From the NCBI GenBank assembly GCA_964016885.1, contig OZ024740.1, positions 193,316,001 through 193,380,000 on the forward strand: a stretch of DNA of 64,000 nucleotides, written 5' to 3'. A program made the position numbers and the translations under genes. Of the stretch, positions 1-12,940 are shown in pieces. Numbering within the stretch: the stretch's first letter is position 1; each line of letters begins with the position of its first letter. Below the pieces are notes generated by a model. It did no database searches, had not been told where the DNA came from, and saw only the letters and a program-made list of their open reading frames with translations. This DNA is from Eledone cirrhosa. Lineage: Eukaryota.

Positions 1-265
1 TTATTTTTAAGGTTTGCAGATAAACGCAAGGTTAAGGGAGGTAAAAATAAAAATATAAGTATATATATGATTGTAAGAGGTCCTTGGGGGTGTACAAAAA
101 TGGGATTTTGAAGTATTTCTAGATGAATAAAAGAGGAAAGAAAAACAGAAATGAAGGAAAAATAAGTTTAGTAGTCTTCATTGGAGCTATGAATGTTCCT
201 TTTATGTGTGTGTGGTTTATGAATGTTACTCTTGTGTGTGTCTGGTTGCAAGTTAATAGATTTCC

Positions 266-299
<34 letters not shown>

Positions 300-300
300 C

Positions 301-917
<617 letters not shown>

Positions 918-919
<2 letters not shown>

Positions 920-1153
920 GATATTAATAAATGGAAACTATATTTATAAAACCATATGTATTTCATTATACATATTTCAAGGACACCAAGTTAAATTATG
1001 GTGTGCTTTCATCAGACAAAATATAATATAGATCAGTTTTATAAATAAATATTGACATACCCTTAAAAAATGCAACCATTACTGTTGAGTGCTTTATATC
1101 AGTTATAAAAATATTTGCTTGTTGTATCCCAACAATTTAAATAGAACTTTTGC

Positions 1154-1155
<2 letters not shown>
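918..1155. mobile_element. PLE-type mini-element, family B (inverted ribozyme part plus direct 3' tail) inserted in (TA)n
   Basis: 918-1060 is the reverse complement of the 47350-47512 sequence type; 1075-1155 matches the tail at 47515-47600. Confidence 0.75.
960..1022 (-). ncRNA. Type I hammerhead ribozyme, family B
   Basis: Minus strand: attttgt CTGATGA aag-c-acacca taatttaact tggtgt-c-ctt GAAA tatgta TA atgaaat. Confidence 0.8.
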
Positions 1156-1240
<85 letters not shown>

Positions 1241-1246
<6 letters not shown>

Positions 1247-1435
1247 GCCATGTACTCTATGAGCAGGATATTTATAGAATTCCAGTTATGTGTGTTTAAT
1301 AACTACCTTAAATTCATAGCGAAATTCCTTCAAAATGTATTTAAAAAAACATGCAGTATATCATTAAATATACAATACGTAGATTCATATATACATCATG
1401 ATTTCAGACAACCAACACACACACACACACACAAC

Positions 1436-1534
<99 letters not shown>

Positions 1535-1740
1535 TGTGTGTGTGTGTGTGTGTGTGTGTGTGTTGGTGCTCTGAAAAAATGATGATGTATATATGAATGT
1601 ACGTATTGTATATTTAATGATATACTGCATGTTTTTTTAAACACATTTTGAAAGTGTTTCGCTATGAATTTAAGGTAGTTATTAAACACACATAACTGGA
1701 ATTCTATAAATATCCAGCTCATAGAGTACATGGCAAAACA
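1241..1740. repeat. Diverged inverted repeat (arms ~1241-1416 and ~1561-1740) around a (CA)/(TA)/(TG) spacer
   Basis: Arms are reverse complements with scattered mismatches; the paired ORFs 1214+ and 1435- translate almost identically. Confidence 0.9.
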
Positions 1741-1747
1741 CACACAG

Positions 1748-1784
<37 letters not shown>

Positions 1785-1788
1785 AATA

Positions 1789-1820
<32 letters not shown>

Positions 1821-2164
1821 CGAATTAAGCACATTTGACATGTAATATGGGGCCATTGCTTTCGGGGCTCAGGTATAGTCACCACTGTTTATTAGCGGAG
1901 GCACTTTCAAACTGGCTCGTCTTCTGGCACGTGGACAGATGTATGAAAAGGGAAATACTTTTCAAAGACAATTCTTTCTCCAAAGAGCGGAGTTCTTCAT
2001 ATTTAAAACGTAAAAACCGAATCTGGACTGAAATCTGTCTGCAGGCTATTCTTTAAAGGTTTTCGAATTTTTAATTTTTTTTATTTTTTGTTCCCTTGTG
2101 AGTTCAAGGGAGGCAACGTTTGATTGATCAGTTATTTTGTAAATAACTGAAGGTATTAAGGTAC

Positions 2165-2232
2165 GATAAAATAAAGTACCAGTAATGCACTGGGTATTTG
2201 CTGGCCTTGTGCCTAAAGTAGAAACAATTATT
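2165..2232 (+). mobile_element. SINE 3' fragment
   Basis: cgataaaataaagtaccagtaatgcactggg...gtgcctaaagtagaaacaattatt, same tail as 32877-32946. Confidence 0.8.
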
Positions 2233-2499
2233 TAAGATAAAAACTGCAAATAATTATACACACACACGCACACACGCACACAACACATAAACATATATGG
2301 CGTAGAACAATGAAAATCGTATAAAACAAGGAGGAATTAACAAAGGAGGGAGTACAAATCTATCACAAGTGAAATATTATATAAATATATAATTAGTTAA
2401 TTTTGAGAAAAATTTTGGGGAAAATCTAACAGAGGAAACTGTTAACTGTCAATCCTCCATTTCACAATTAGGTCTGTCAACATTTAAAACATATCAGAC

Positions 2500-2810
2500 A
2501 CTAAGGAGTGATAATAAAGAAAAGAAATATGCTGGCTCCGAACAGAGCATATACCATTGAACTATATTTTATTATGAACAGATCGTAGAGAATCACCTCT
2601 ATGTTCCTGTGGTGACTGCCCAGAAACCATTTGGCAGTATTTGTTCCAATGTCAAACGTAACAATCTGACAGAGGATAGCATGAAGCCGCTCAGGAAAAC
2701 AGATACCAAGATTGGAGATACAATATAATCTAAAAGAACTACCAACTATGCACAAAATCGTTGAGTACATGGATGGTACGAAAACATTCAGCCACACAAC
2801 CACCTAGATG
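2500..2810 (+). pseudogene. Non-LTR retrotransposon ORF2 C-terminal zinc-knuckle remnant
   Basis: Manual translation CWLRTEHIPLNYILL*TDRRESPLCSCGDCPETIWQYLFQC matches the LRTGH..LN...SP.C.CG..ET..H.L..C motif. Confidence 0.65.
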
Positions 2811-3074
2811 CTTTACAGTTTCCCTTACTTGCCATTTTTTCTTCATGTTTTGATGCTTATATTGATTCCTGTTGGATAGCTCTATTTGTTTTTATTCTAG
2901 TTCATTTTAGTTTATTTTTATTTTTATATTCACTTATCCTTATCTTCTATTTTTTTCTCATCTGTAAGAACTAGAATATTCACCTAGTCAGTCAGGCTAA
3001 CAAGCTCTTTATATATATATATATATATATACAGAGAGTGAGAGAGACAGAGTGTGTGTACCTGTGTGTGTGTG

Positions 3075-3120
<46 letters not shown>

Positions 3121-3563
3121 TGTGTTAGAGAGAGGAAAGGAAGGTGTAGATATGTAGGGAGAATGACGTTTCAAGTAAAGTTTCGGCTACTTTGTTTGAT
3201 GAAAGGAAATGCAGATTTTCCATAAGGATTAGCTCCCCAAAGCTGTTACAATTTCAGCAGAAGTATTTATTTCTGTTTGAATTATAGAAAGTGACAGAAT
3301 TTAAAAAATTATTCATATATCTAAAATTTCCTAATTTAGCTTATCTGACATTTTTTGTAAAATTGTTCAAATACATATTATTTCGATTACTCTGACACTT
3401 GAAAATATCTATAGTGAATGATTATTAATGGAACATTATTGCGTGAATGTATCTGTGCTAAATTGTGTCGTTTTAAAACAGTAAGTTTTCATGATCGTAG
3501 AATAAAAACTATCGAGAACATATGTTATGACATCGGACTGACTAATCACCTCTGTTCAGCGGA

Positions 3564-3609
<46 letters not shown>

Positions 3610-4283
3610 ATAATAATAAAATTGAAGACTAAAATCCAAAGAGGGCTCGATAAGCAGCGATTCTTTGCTTAAACTTTTATCTGTTATTTTAATAAATATA
3701 TATATATATATATTGGAAAATGTGTGAAATCCTTGATACAGTTAGTTATATATGAAAAAAAAAAGAATTACTTCAATTGTAGTCCTAAACAATTTAATTT
3801 CATAATCGATGAATGCGAGAACAGGAAGGTTAACCAGGAATCTTAAAAAGAACAACTCGCCACCGCAGTTAACATAGAACTTACTAGATTTATTTTTTTT
3901 AAATGTAAAATTGTAATATTATATAATAAAATTGTTTAGAACTACAAGTGAAGTCATTCGTTTCATTTTTTCAAATTTATATAGACACACACACACACAT
4001 ACCCCCCCCCCCACACACACACAAACACACACATATATATATAATAAGAAGTGCGGTAAGAAGCCGTAGTTTAAGGTAGATGTATACCAGTATATATACA
4101 GAGCGGATAACCGTGACTGCGCCAATGTATATAAATATACACATGTGTAATATGTATATATGAAAATATGCCACAATATACTAATTTCCCTCTGAATTGA
4201 AAAAAATATCAACACCTTTAATTCACTTTCAGACCTAAATGGGTCATCATGAGAAGGCGTGTTACCCCCGCTCTATCTCTTTA

Positions 4284-4383
<100 letters not shown>

Positions 4384-4435
4384 GTGTGTGTGTTGCTTGG
4401 GATAAACACACACAAACACACACACACATATATAT

Positions 4436-4665
4436 ATATTAAAATAACAGATTAACGTTTAAGCAAAGAATCGCTGCTTTCACCCTTAACGGGATCTTCT
4501 GAAACGGTTTCAGAAGATCCCGTTAAGGGCGAAAGCAGCGATTATTTGCTTAAACTTTAATTTGGTATTTTAATAAATATTTGCTCTACGCTTTTATATA
4601 TTTCATATATATATTATCCTTATTGAGACATCTTCGGATTTTAGTCTTCACATTTATAATTATAT
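4436..4665. mobile_element. Fold-back mini-element, family F (same sequence as 39746-39894)
   Basis: Hairpin centred at 4506 with arms of about 65 bp; right arm continues into a tail ending ggattttagtcttcacattt. Confidence 0.8.
4506..4556 (+). ncRNA. Hammerhead-like motif with variant core CAGAAGA, family F (mirror copy 4457-4505 on the minus strand)
   Basis: ggttt CAGAAGA t-ccc gttaa ggg-c GAAA gca gcgattatt tgc TT aaact. Confidence 0.6.
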
Positions 4666-4667
4666 AC

Positions 4668-4670
<3 letters not shown>

Positions 4671-4698
<28 letters not shown>

Positions 4699-4742
4699 TG
4701 TATGTATGTATGTATGTATGTATGTATGTATGTATGTATGTA
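4671..4742. repeat. (TATG)n microsatellite
   Basis: Direct reading. Confidence 0.95.
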
Positions 4743-5019
4743 TATGATGATACCACTTAACGCTCGGGACTAGCCATCACCTGAATTTTCCACGCGCATA
4801 TGCCTTTGTGTAGCCTTGATGTGACTTAATAAGCGAGCAAGGTTACTACGTTCTGTGGTAAAGACCTTAAAGTCGTTGGTAACAAGGAACCTTGCCTTGA
4901 TGTCATTTCTTTTCAGATGAAACTTCAAGTCTCTTGGTGATTGGCAGACGTTAACGTAATGATGGTAGATTGCTGCTATATATTTTTGTCACTGATCTCC
5001 CTTACTTTCTATGCTTCAC

Positions 5020-5306
5020 TGGAGGAAGAGAGAGAGAGAGAGATGAAACGAGAAAGCGAAAGAGAGATAAAACGAGAAAGAGAGATGAAACGAAAGATGA
5101 ATGAAACGAAAGAGAGAGAGATAGAGATAAAAGGGGAGAGAGAGATAGAGATGAAAGGGGAGAGAGAGATGAAAAGAGAGAGATGAAACGAGAGAGGGAG
5201 GGTGAGAGAGGGAGAGAGAGGGAGGGTGAAAGAGGGAGAGAGAGAGAGGGAGGGTGAGATATATGAAAAGAGAGAGAGAGAGGGAGATGAAACGAGAGAG
5301 AGAGAT
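5020..5306. repeat. Polypurine (GA)-rich low-complexity tract with recurring gagatgaaacga units
   Basis: Direct reading. Confidence 0.85.
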
Positions 5307-8300
5307 CAGAGCCGTTAGGCCTAAAGTCACCAACATGTGCTGTCTGGAAACATGGTGCCAATAAAACTCCATTAGGAAATACGGGACTATGCCATACCAA
5401 ATACATTATCCAAAGGGGTTGTTATTTGAGCGCTATTTTTAGGTTTTTAAATGATTATATTCAGGCGTATTCGTTATTATCTTAAATAATTTATGTAAGC
5501 ACGTACTTAGACATAATGCAGATATTTAGTCAGAAACCTTCTTGATGTGTATAAGATAATAACGTATTGTTTTTCTTAAACATAATCTGGAGAAATGAAC
5601 TCTGTTTTTATGTTGTACTGTTTTGAAAATCTTAGATTAGAGAATAAGAAAGTTCATCTATCATAAGTATCTCATTTGTAGAAAGGTTAGATATATAAAT
5701 AAATCTAATATACCTGATGAGACTTCCCTTATATATTTAACTTGACTTAATGTAGTTTGGATTTTTCAGAATAGCATCTTATGCAGCATAACATACCAAT
5801 AAAATTGTCTTCATTAATTTATTTACGATAATAATAAAAGCTAAAGAAAACAACAAATGAGTACCTTATGGATTTGTAATTCGTAATTTGTTCTTTACAA
5901 CAAATTTATGCATATACACTTAAAAGGAAAAGTTTCTAAAGATTTACAGCCGCCAGATGCAATATGCAATTTAAAAAAAATGCAGTAGCTACATTCATCC
6001 AACGGATTGCTTAAATGAAATGAGATTATTACGAAATCTATTAGATCTATGTGCACAGGTACGCGAAATAGAAAGTACTTGTCGTGTTTGCTTAATTGTG
6101 TTTTTTTTTTCTAATGAAATATCTAAATATCATTACTAATACGAGTTTATAAAAACAACAAAATTAATAGAAAAATACTAATACGCTGTTTCTTCTTTTC
6201 CAGGACTTTCATTTGAAGCATTTCATTAATAAGAAATGCCTTTTTCCTTAATGGTAAAATGAAACTTGTCTAACATGTTTAGTTGTATGTGTTATTGTCT
6301 TCTTGGGTGTAATGTTTTTCATTTCTCTCCTGGTTATTCAAACCAAACTAATGGATACATCTATGTATTAAATCTAGAATATTCAAGTGAGCTTTATTTT
6401 ATCCTTTGTTTAACTAGAGAAAATCACTTTCTGACTATATATTTAATGAAGGTCTTTAAAAGTCAGGAGATTTGTCTCCGTATGAAAATAATAATAAGTA
6501 GTAATAACACCACAAAGTATATTTGTTCTTATACGCCTTTTTTTCTTCGGGAATACAGGGTTGGTATCATTCCATATTGTTTCTATTTTTCTTTTGTTAG
6601 CTGATGGACATAAAAACAATAGCGTTGCAGCATATTCATCATTTAGTCTAGAGGGGATGCTCTAACCTTCTACAGGAAAGTTAATGTACTTAACGTCAAT
6701 AGTAAACACATGGAAGTCAATATTTTCTGAACGACAAAACATAGGCCTTACTAGATGTAATTAATAGATGAACTGACTGATTACGAGATTACTTTAGAGA
6801 TTAAGGTGTTTGACAAATAACAATAACATTAGAGGGTGATGGCAATATATGTGAAATAAGGGAATATGGGATAAGTGTGTATTTAGAGAAAGATAGACCG
6901 TACTACTAGCGATATTATGTTTGCCAAAGTATTGGTTATGTCACTGAGTGTAAAGTAAGACATTACCATTAATTGAACTATAGATGTTCGTATGTATATA
7001 TTTACATAGTATACGTTGTGGAGATTGCACCAAATTACTCCGAAACATGCCCGATAAAGTCACGCGTGCTTGCGGGGAAAATGATTTATAATAATATTAC
7101 TCATTGAACTATTAAATATCTCATTAAACTATATTTATTTATTAAAAAGTAAATACATGAACGCTCTTTATCATGTTCATCATGCGAATAATATAATAAA
7201 ATTATGTAATTTTCTAGCATAATAATTTCAACGATTTTACCTGAATAATGTCTCTTCTCATAGCTTTATGTTTATTAACATCGTTACTCCATGTAATTCA
7301 ATGCTTTCAATATCTTTGTGAACTTCCAATTCCCTCTTTCTAATAATATTTAGGATATTTTTATTTATTATACGATATACATGAATCTTCGCTTAAGCCA
7401 TATCAGCAAAGTAGCGAGACTCAGATTTCAATATATCTCAGACTTGGAGAACTTATAGGTGGCAGACATTTCGAAACGCCTAACTAAATGTCAACAACAA
7501 TAGAGCCTACACAATAAACTCATAAATGTGGTTCACACTTATACTTTGGCAAATTGCAGTGCCGCGGATATATGTAAAAATACGGCACTCCAGCTAACAG
7601 GTCCGAACTAGTGAACTAGGCAGAATAATACACAAACTTATGAAAGAGAAAAATACGAAGAAATATTGCAGCAGACCTGTCAACTCTCCTCGTCATACGG
7701 GGAGATTTGCAATATCCTTTGGGTTGGATGAGAGATGCCTTCTCTTGTGAAAATTAGTATAGCTTTCATTGTGTAAAATATCCACATTTTGCCTCATTTC
7801 TCCGCGTTTTGAGGCCCCTTTTCCATGCTTTTTTTCCATGGTACTCGCCGTTTCAGTTTATTGAGGTTGGTAGGTCTGTTTGCAGATACATTTATTTAAT
7901 ACTGAAATTGAAGCTAAAATGATGTACATCATGTTATTTTCATAATATTTCTAACTAGATGGACACTATATTAAACAAAAGGAAGCAAGGAAAATAATTA
8001 CTAAAGTTAAAATATCAAAATCCTGAGACATTGGACGTACCAGGTTTCAAATACAAACGTTAGTAATACCTAGGTTTCGGAAGGAATTAGAGTCAGCAAC
8101 TGAATTTGCGAAGAACTAATATTTAAACTACATATATAACTGCATTAAGTTAGGTGATTCAGATGACCAGAGGACCACATGGTTGATAATGCAGAGAAAT
8201 GGGGAGGAGAGAAATAAGGGCTTTTTTAGGAACAACGCCAACAATTATGATGGGGGCGTCTAATCAAATCGACCCCCGTGCGTTACGCGTACTATATTTT

Positions 8301-9120
8301 ATCTGCTCCGTAAGGACGAAAGGCAAAACTAGCATCAGATACTGCCAATATATCACTTTCAGATGAGAGAGAAATAATGAAATAATGAAATAGTAACATG
8401 ACATGTATGTGAGATCGATAAATATTTTATAGGAATAAATAGAAACCATAAATACAAAGCATATAATGTTAGAGGGCAATCATAATCTGCGATATGTAAA
8501 TTTGTACATACAGGAAGATTGTCGCAAATCGACAGGATCTTATGATCCCATTACTTGAAGATTGAATTAGATATTAAATTGTCTGTGCAAAATAGTGTCC
8601 AATACAATGGGATCTCCTCTGAAAAACAACACGGCTAAGGACTTAAATTGTCAAATGCATCTTAAAATAAAAGAATATCAAAAAATACTGCAGATCTAAT
8701 ATATATCAATTTGTTGTTATAATTAGAAACAATTCTTTAACTATGACCATGAATAATCCTATATCTTCATTGTCGTATAGATTTGCCATATTTCATAAAT
8801 TAATTTTAGATATTTTCCACTTATCTTTTGATTCGTTGTCACAACTGAAAAGTCCAAGGCTATATGGCATTTTAAACATGATACATAAATATAATAAATT
8901 GGTTTATTTTCTTTAATTTTCTCAACAAATAACAGGGCAATTTTCAACATTTCTAATATATTCAAAGTATTTCTTAACATGTATGTTTTTTCTGTGTGTG
9001 TGTTTTTAATGACACGAGCATCTTTCTAACATCCATTAATTTGTATATGTTTTTTTAGCTGGTTGTTGGGAAATTAATTCGGTTATAGTGAAGTTTATTA
9101 TTATTTAGTACCTATTTAAG

Positions 9121-9345
9121 GGCGCTGGATTGGCATTAGTGGTAGGATGTCGGCTAACATGTTTTGCGATATAGAGATACGTTCCTTTACATTTTGAATT
9201 CAAATCCTGATGAGGTTAGCTTTATCTTTCATCCTTACGTTATCGATAAAATAAGGTACCTCTAACGCAATGGGGTTGATTTAATCGACTTTAATAGCTC
9301 CCCAAATTCTTGGTTTTCTTTGTGCTTTCATAAGGATCAATTATT
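9121..9345 (+). mobile_element. tRNA-derived SINE, diverged
   Basis: A-box-like tggcattagtgg, B-box-like gaattcaaatcc, core ctttcatccttacg..tcgataaaataa. Confidence 0.75.
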
Positions 9346-10199
9346 TTGTACCTATTTAATATTTGCGTCTATTCCGTTTTGTGTGCCCATTCATTTGAGA
9401 TTTTAGAAAATATTTACATAAAGTTTATTTTAGCATTTATCTTTTCGTGTAGAATTGATTTCTATTATGACTTTATTTGGGAGTTGAATTCTCTATATGA
9501 GCAGTTATCAGGTAGTATGTAGTTGCCTTTTTAATCTAAACGAGTGATGCAAAGACGTACGATATCTAGGCTTGATTTTTTTATTGTCGTTATTTGTTCT
9601 TTACATTTTATCTGCCGGGGAAATTAAAAAAAAATCTTCCATCAATTTTAATAACTTATCTGTTTCTGCCTTTAGATTATTGTCATTCCTATATTTAGAA
9701 TGTTCTATTCTTAAAAATATTTCAAACTTATTTTTGTTTTTATTTGCGATGGTATAGTTTTAGTTCCGACCTTTGAAAATTCCCATTGCTATCAATTTTA
9801 TTTCTTGCTTTATTGCTGTAATTGTATAGGTGTTGTATCGCTTTTTTAAGTTATCTAATTATACAACTAATTTAACTTTTAGTTTAAGAAAGTATCTTAG
9901 AAATTCAGCTAAACATTTCATATCTAAATGTAATTATGATATCTACGTTATCGTTACACTAATCATAATTAGTGTCATTTCATGGTTTGTTATATCCCAT
10001 TATTATTAGAAAACAGTATTATTTAATCAGAAGTTTGGGTTTGTGGTCAGGAGTTTGATATTTCGAAATTTTCATATTTTTCAAGAAAAAACACTTTTTT
10101 TTTAAATTTATCAGTTCATATAATTAAATCAACAGAGTATATATTTATTTTATTATACAAGCTTATCCAAAGCAAGCAAGTAAAAACAAATAAAACTTA

Positions 10200-11921
10200 T
10201 AAAGCAACTTATACCCGTCAGAAATGACTAGATTTCCTGGATTTGCGGTTGTAGTCCAGGTCGTATTCCCGCACTAGGCCCCAGATATAGTCCCCCCATC
10301 ATGTTTTCATTGTAATGGCCCTGTTACCTCCGCTCTATCTCTTTCACATCTTGGTGGAATCGTTCGCCTTGTTCTTCTGAGTAGGCGTCCATATTGTCCT
10401 CTAATTTTTTCAGGTGAGCGTCCAGCATGTGAAGTTGAAGCGACATCCTGCACCTCATGGCGCCAAAAGCCTTTATCAGATCCTGCACCAGTTGCTGGTA
10501 GTTCTCAGCTCTGTAGTTGCCCAGGAATCCCTTAACAACTGCCTTGAAACAGTTTCATGCTGTTCTCTCAATCCTATTGGAGAACTCAGTAGACTCAAAC
10601 ACCTTTTTTATCTGACACTATTCTTTATCCAACAAACATTCCACCTTTGATTTTGGCCTCAGATAACTTGGGGGAGAACTCAAGAAGGTACTTAAAAGCG
10701 GCTGATTCTTGGTTGAGAGCCTTCACAAACTGCTTCATCAACCCCAACCTAATGTGCAGTGGCGGCATGAGCACAATCCCGGGATTAACCAGTGGCTCCC
10801 ACATGACGTTACGGGTCCCAACTACAAATTCTGTTCGCTGCTCCCAGTTCTTTCTTTTTTAGTGGTCAGAGGTGGCTCTGCTGCCCCAAAGCAGATGAAG
10901 CAGTGGAATTTGATAAAGCCTCCTTGGAGTCCAAGCAGGAAAGCCACCATCTTGAAGACTCCAATGATTTGCAAATTGTACTGGTTGCATTGCAGAGCTT
11001 CCAAGAGGACATTCACACTGTAGTAATCTTCCTTCAGGCAGACTGAATGAGCTAAGGGCAGTGTCGGGAAATTGTTTCCATTGTGGAGGAGGACAGCCTT
11101 CAAACTTGTGGTGGAGCTGTCTATAAATAGCCGCCACTCCTTGTGCACAAACGGCACCCCAATAACGTCAGACAGTCCAGGCACGTCATGGCAGAAGCAG
11201 AGGCCATCCCTAAGAGTTTAAAAGCCTGATAAAGGCTCGTGTCGACTTATCTGACTTGTCACCTGCACTTCCTCCTTGACCAAGTTCCACTGTTCATCCT
11301 GGAGACGAATGCTTAAAACACAATTTACCCTTTATTCAGGGTGCGAAAATCCAGTATCAATAAATCTCTTTAATCCACTTTTTGACAATTTCATACTTTA
11401 TTGCACTTTTATAATATACTTTAGGTATTACTTTTTATTTTATAATTTTAATTCAACCTGAAACATATATTTAAAAAAAATCATTTAACATAAGCAAATC
11501 ATTTAACATAAGAAATTAAACTTACATACAACCTAAAATCCAGCATATAAATAATTGTTTCTACGTTAGGCACAAGGCCAGCAATTATCCCGTGTATCAC
11601 TGGTACTTTATTTTATCGACCCCGTAAGGATGAAAGGCAAAGTTAACCTCGGCGGGATTTGAACTCAGAATGGCAAGGGCCGTAACTATGCACCAACGCA
11701 TGGCATCTGACACTCTACCAATACTGCCAATCCACCAGCATATAAATAAGTATAGTGAATAGCTTAGAATTTTACAAATCCAAACTTGTAACTGTTTAAT
11801 AGCACTTTTTTTATTTATTTGGGACCAACTACAAAAAAAGTTTATTTATTTGGGACCAACACAAAAAAAGTTTCTTACAAGCCAGGAAGAGAGAAAAACT
11901 TTTTTTTTTTGTTACACGGTG
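10200..11921 (-). mobile_element. Chapaev3-like (CMC group) DNA transposon remnant with a disrupted transposase
   Basis: Minus-strand peptides EWRLFIDSSTTSLKAVLLHNGN, MPPLHIRLGLMKQFVKAL, YSEEQGERFHQD, MMGDYIW with stops and frameshifts; candidate terminus CACCGTGTAAC at 11911-11921 followed by TTA. Family assignment is from recalled motifs. Confidence 0.65.
11551..11739 (-). mobile_element. tRNA-derived SINE nested in the transposon
   Basis: Reverse complement of the 14684/32761 SINE, with A and B boxes. Confidence 0.85.
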
Positions 11922-12099
11922 TTATATGTTATACGTTAGGCTAGAACAAGCTTTCGTGTATAGGGTGAGGTTATAAATGTATGCTACACATGTACACATC
12001 TACATATATACGTATTTGTTTTATGAAAGGAATTGGAATGGAATCGCCCAGCTTTATAAGTTAAAACATTTTCTCGAGTAACGGTTTAATTATTGCTGG

Positions 12100-12650
12100 T
12101 GTTGAATACACTCCCGTCTGGTTTCGCTCACTTATTCCTGAAAGGGCCGTTGTGGCAGACACTTCATACACGCCTTCTAGGATGTCTTATCTGGATCAAT
12201 CTCGAATTGAACCGGAGGGATCCCCAAGCAACACCAGCCGAATTTATGGATATTGACTAATCATATTGCTGAGACCTACACCTGGATTTCTTACCACATG
12301 GCTTTGTCCGAAATATCTGTCCAACAACTCATTGATTAGACATTGAAACCACATGTCCGTAGTACCTGAGCTGTGATCTTTCTATGCAGAGAAGTAGCCG
12401 CTCTACCTGGTATAATTACAAGGCACCAATCTGCGTAACCTGTCGACTAACGTTCCTATACAAATGCTTTGGGGGATCCACATTTCCTCCGCTTCTAATC
12501 GCGATTTTATACTTTCGGTCATTACCCAAGATTCATGACCATAGCTAAGGTTAGGCACGAACGCCGATTTGAAGATAAGAGTTTCAACTTCAGCTGTTAA
12601 AGAGCGTAGGAAAAGCGTCTCGATGTGACACAGGGATCTCAATTGATATC
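12100..12650 (-). pseudogene. RTE-clade LINE RT C-terminal remnant
   Basis: IFKSAFVPNLSYGHESWVMTESIKSRLEAEEM matches the RTE motif P.L.YG.E.W......RL...EM. Confidence 0.7.
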
Positions 12651-12794
12651 TCAAATCATAATTTTTTTAAAGAGGTTTTGCAGTCAAAACTAAGTGTAGA
12701 TGTAAGGTGGTGAAGCCAAATGTTTGGTAATTTGTCAGGTCCAAATGACTTCAATTTCTGAGATATATTTAACGCAAATATGATATATCCTCTC

Positions 12795-12940
12795 GTTCAA
12801 ATCCCACCGAGGGTAGCTTTCTTTTTCATCCTTACGGAGCCGATGAAATAAAGCACCAGTAACGCATTGAGGTCGATTTCGTTGATTATCCTCTTCTTAA
12901 AATTGCTGACCCTATGCCTAAATCAGTAACCATTATTATT
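12795..12940 (+). mobile_element. SINE fragment
   Basis: gttcaaatcccaccgagg...ttcatccttacggagccgatgaaataaagcaccag. Confidence 0.75.

Noticed and set aside
1845-1935. Minus-strand cagaaga...gaaagc motif resembling family F
   Set aside because: No UH site and no stem I pairing
5714-5740. Isolated ctgatga (also near 9208, 38520, 57077, 62351)
   Set aside because: No correctly placed GAAA, stems or UH; expected by chance
6190-6260. Polypyrimidine-CAG splice-acceptor-like site followed by gtaa
   Set aside because: Stops in all three frames and no supporting exons
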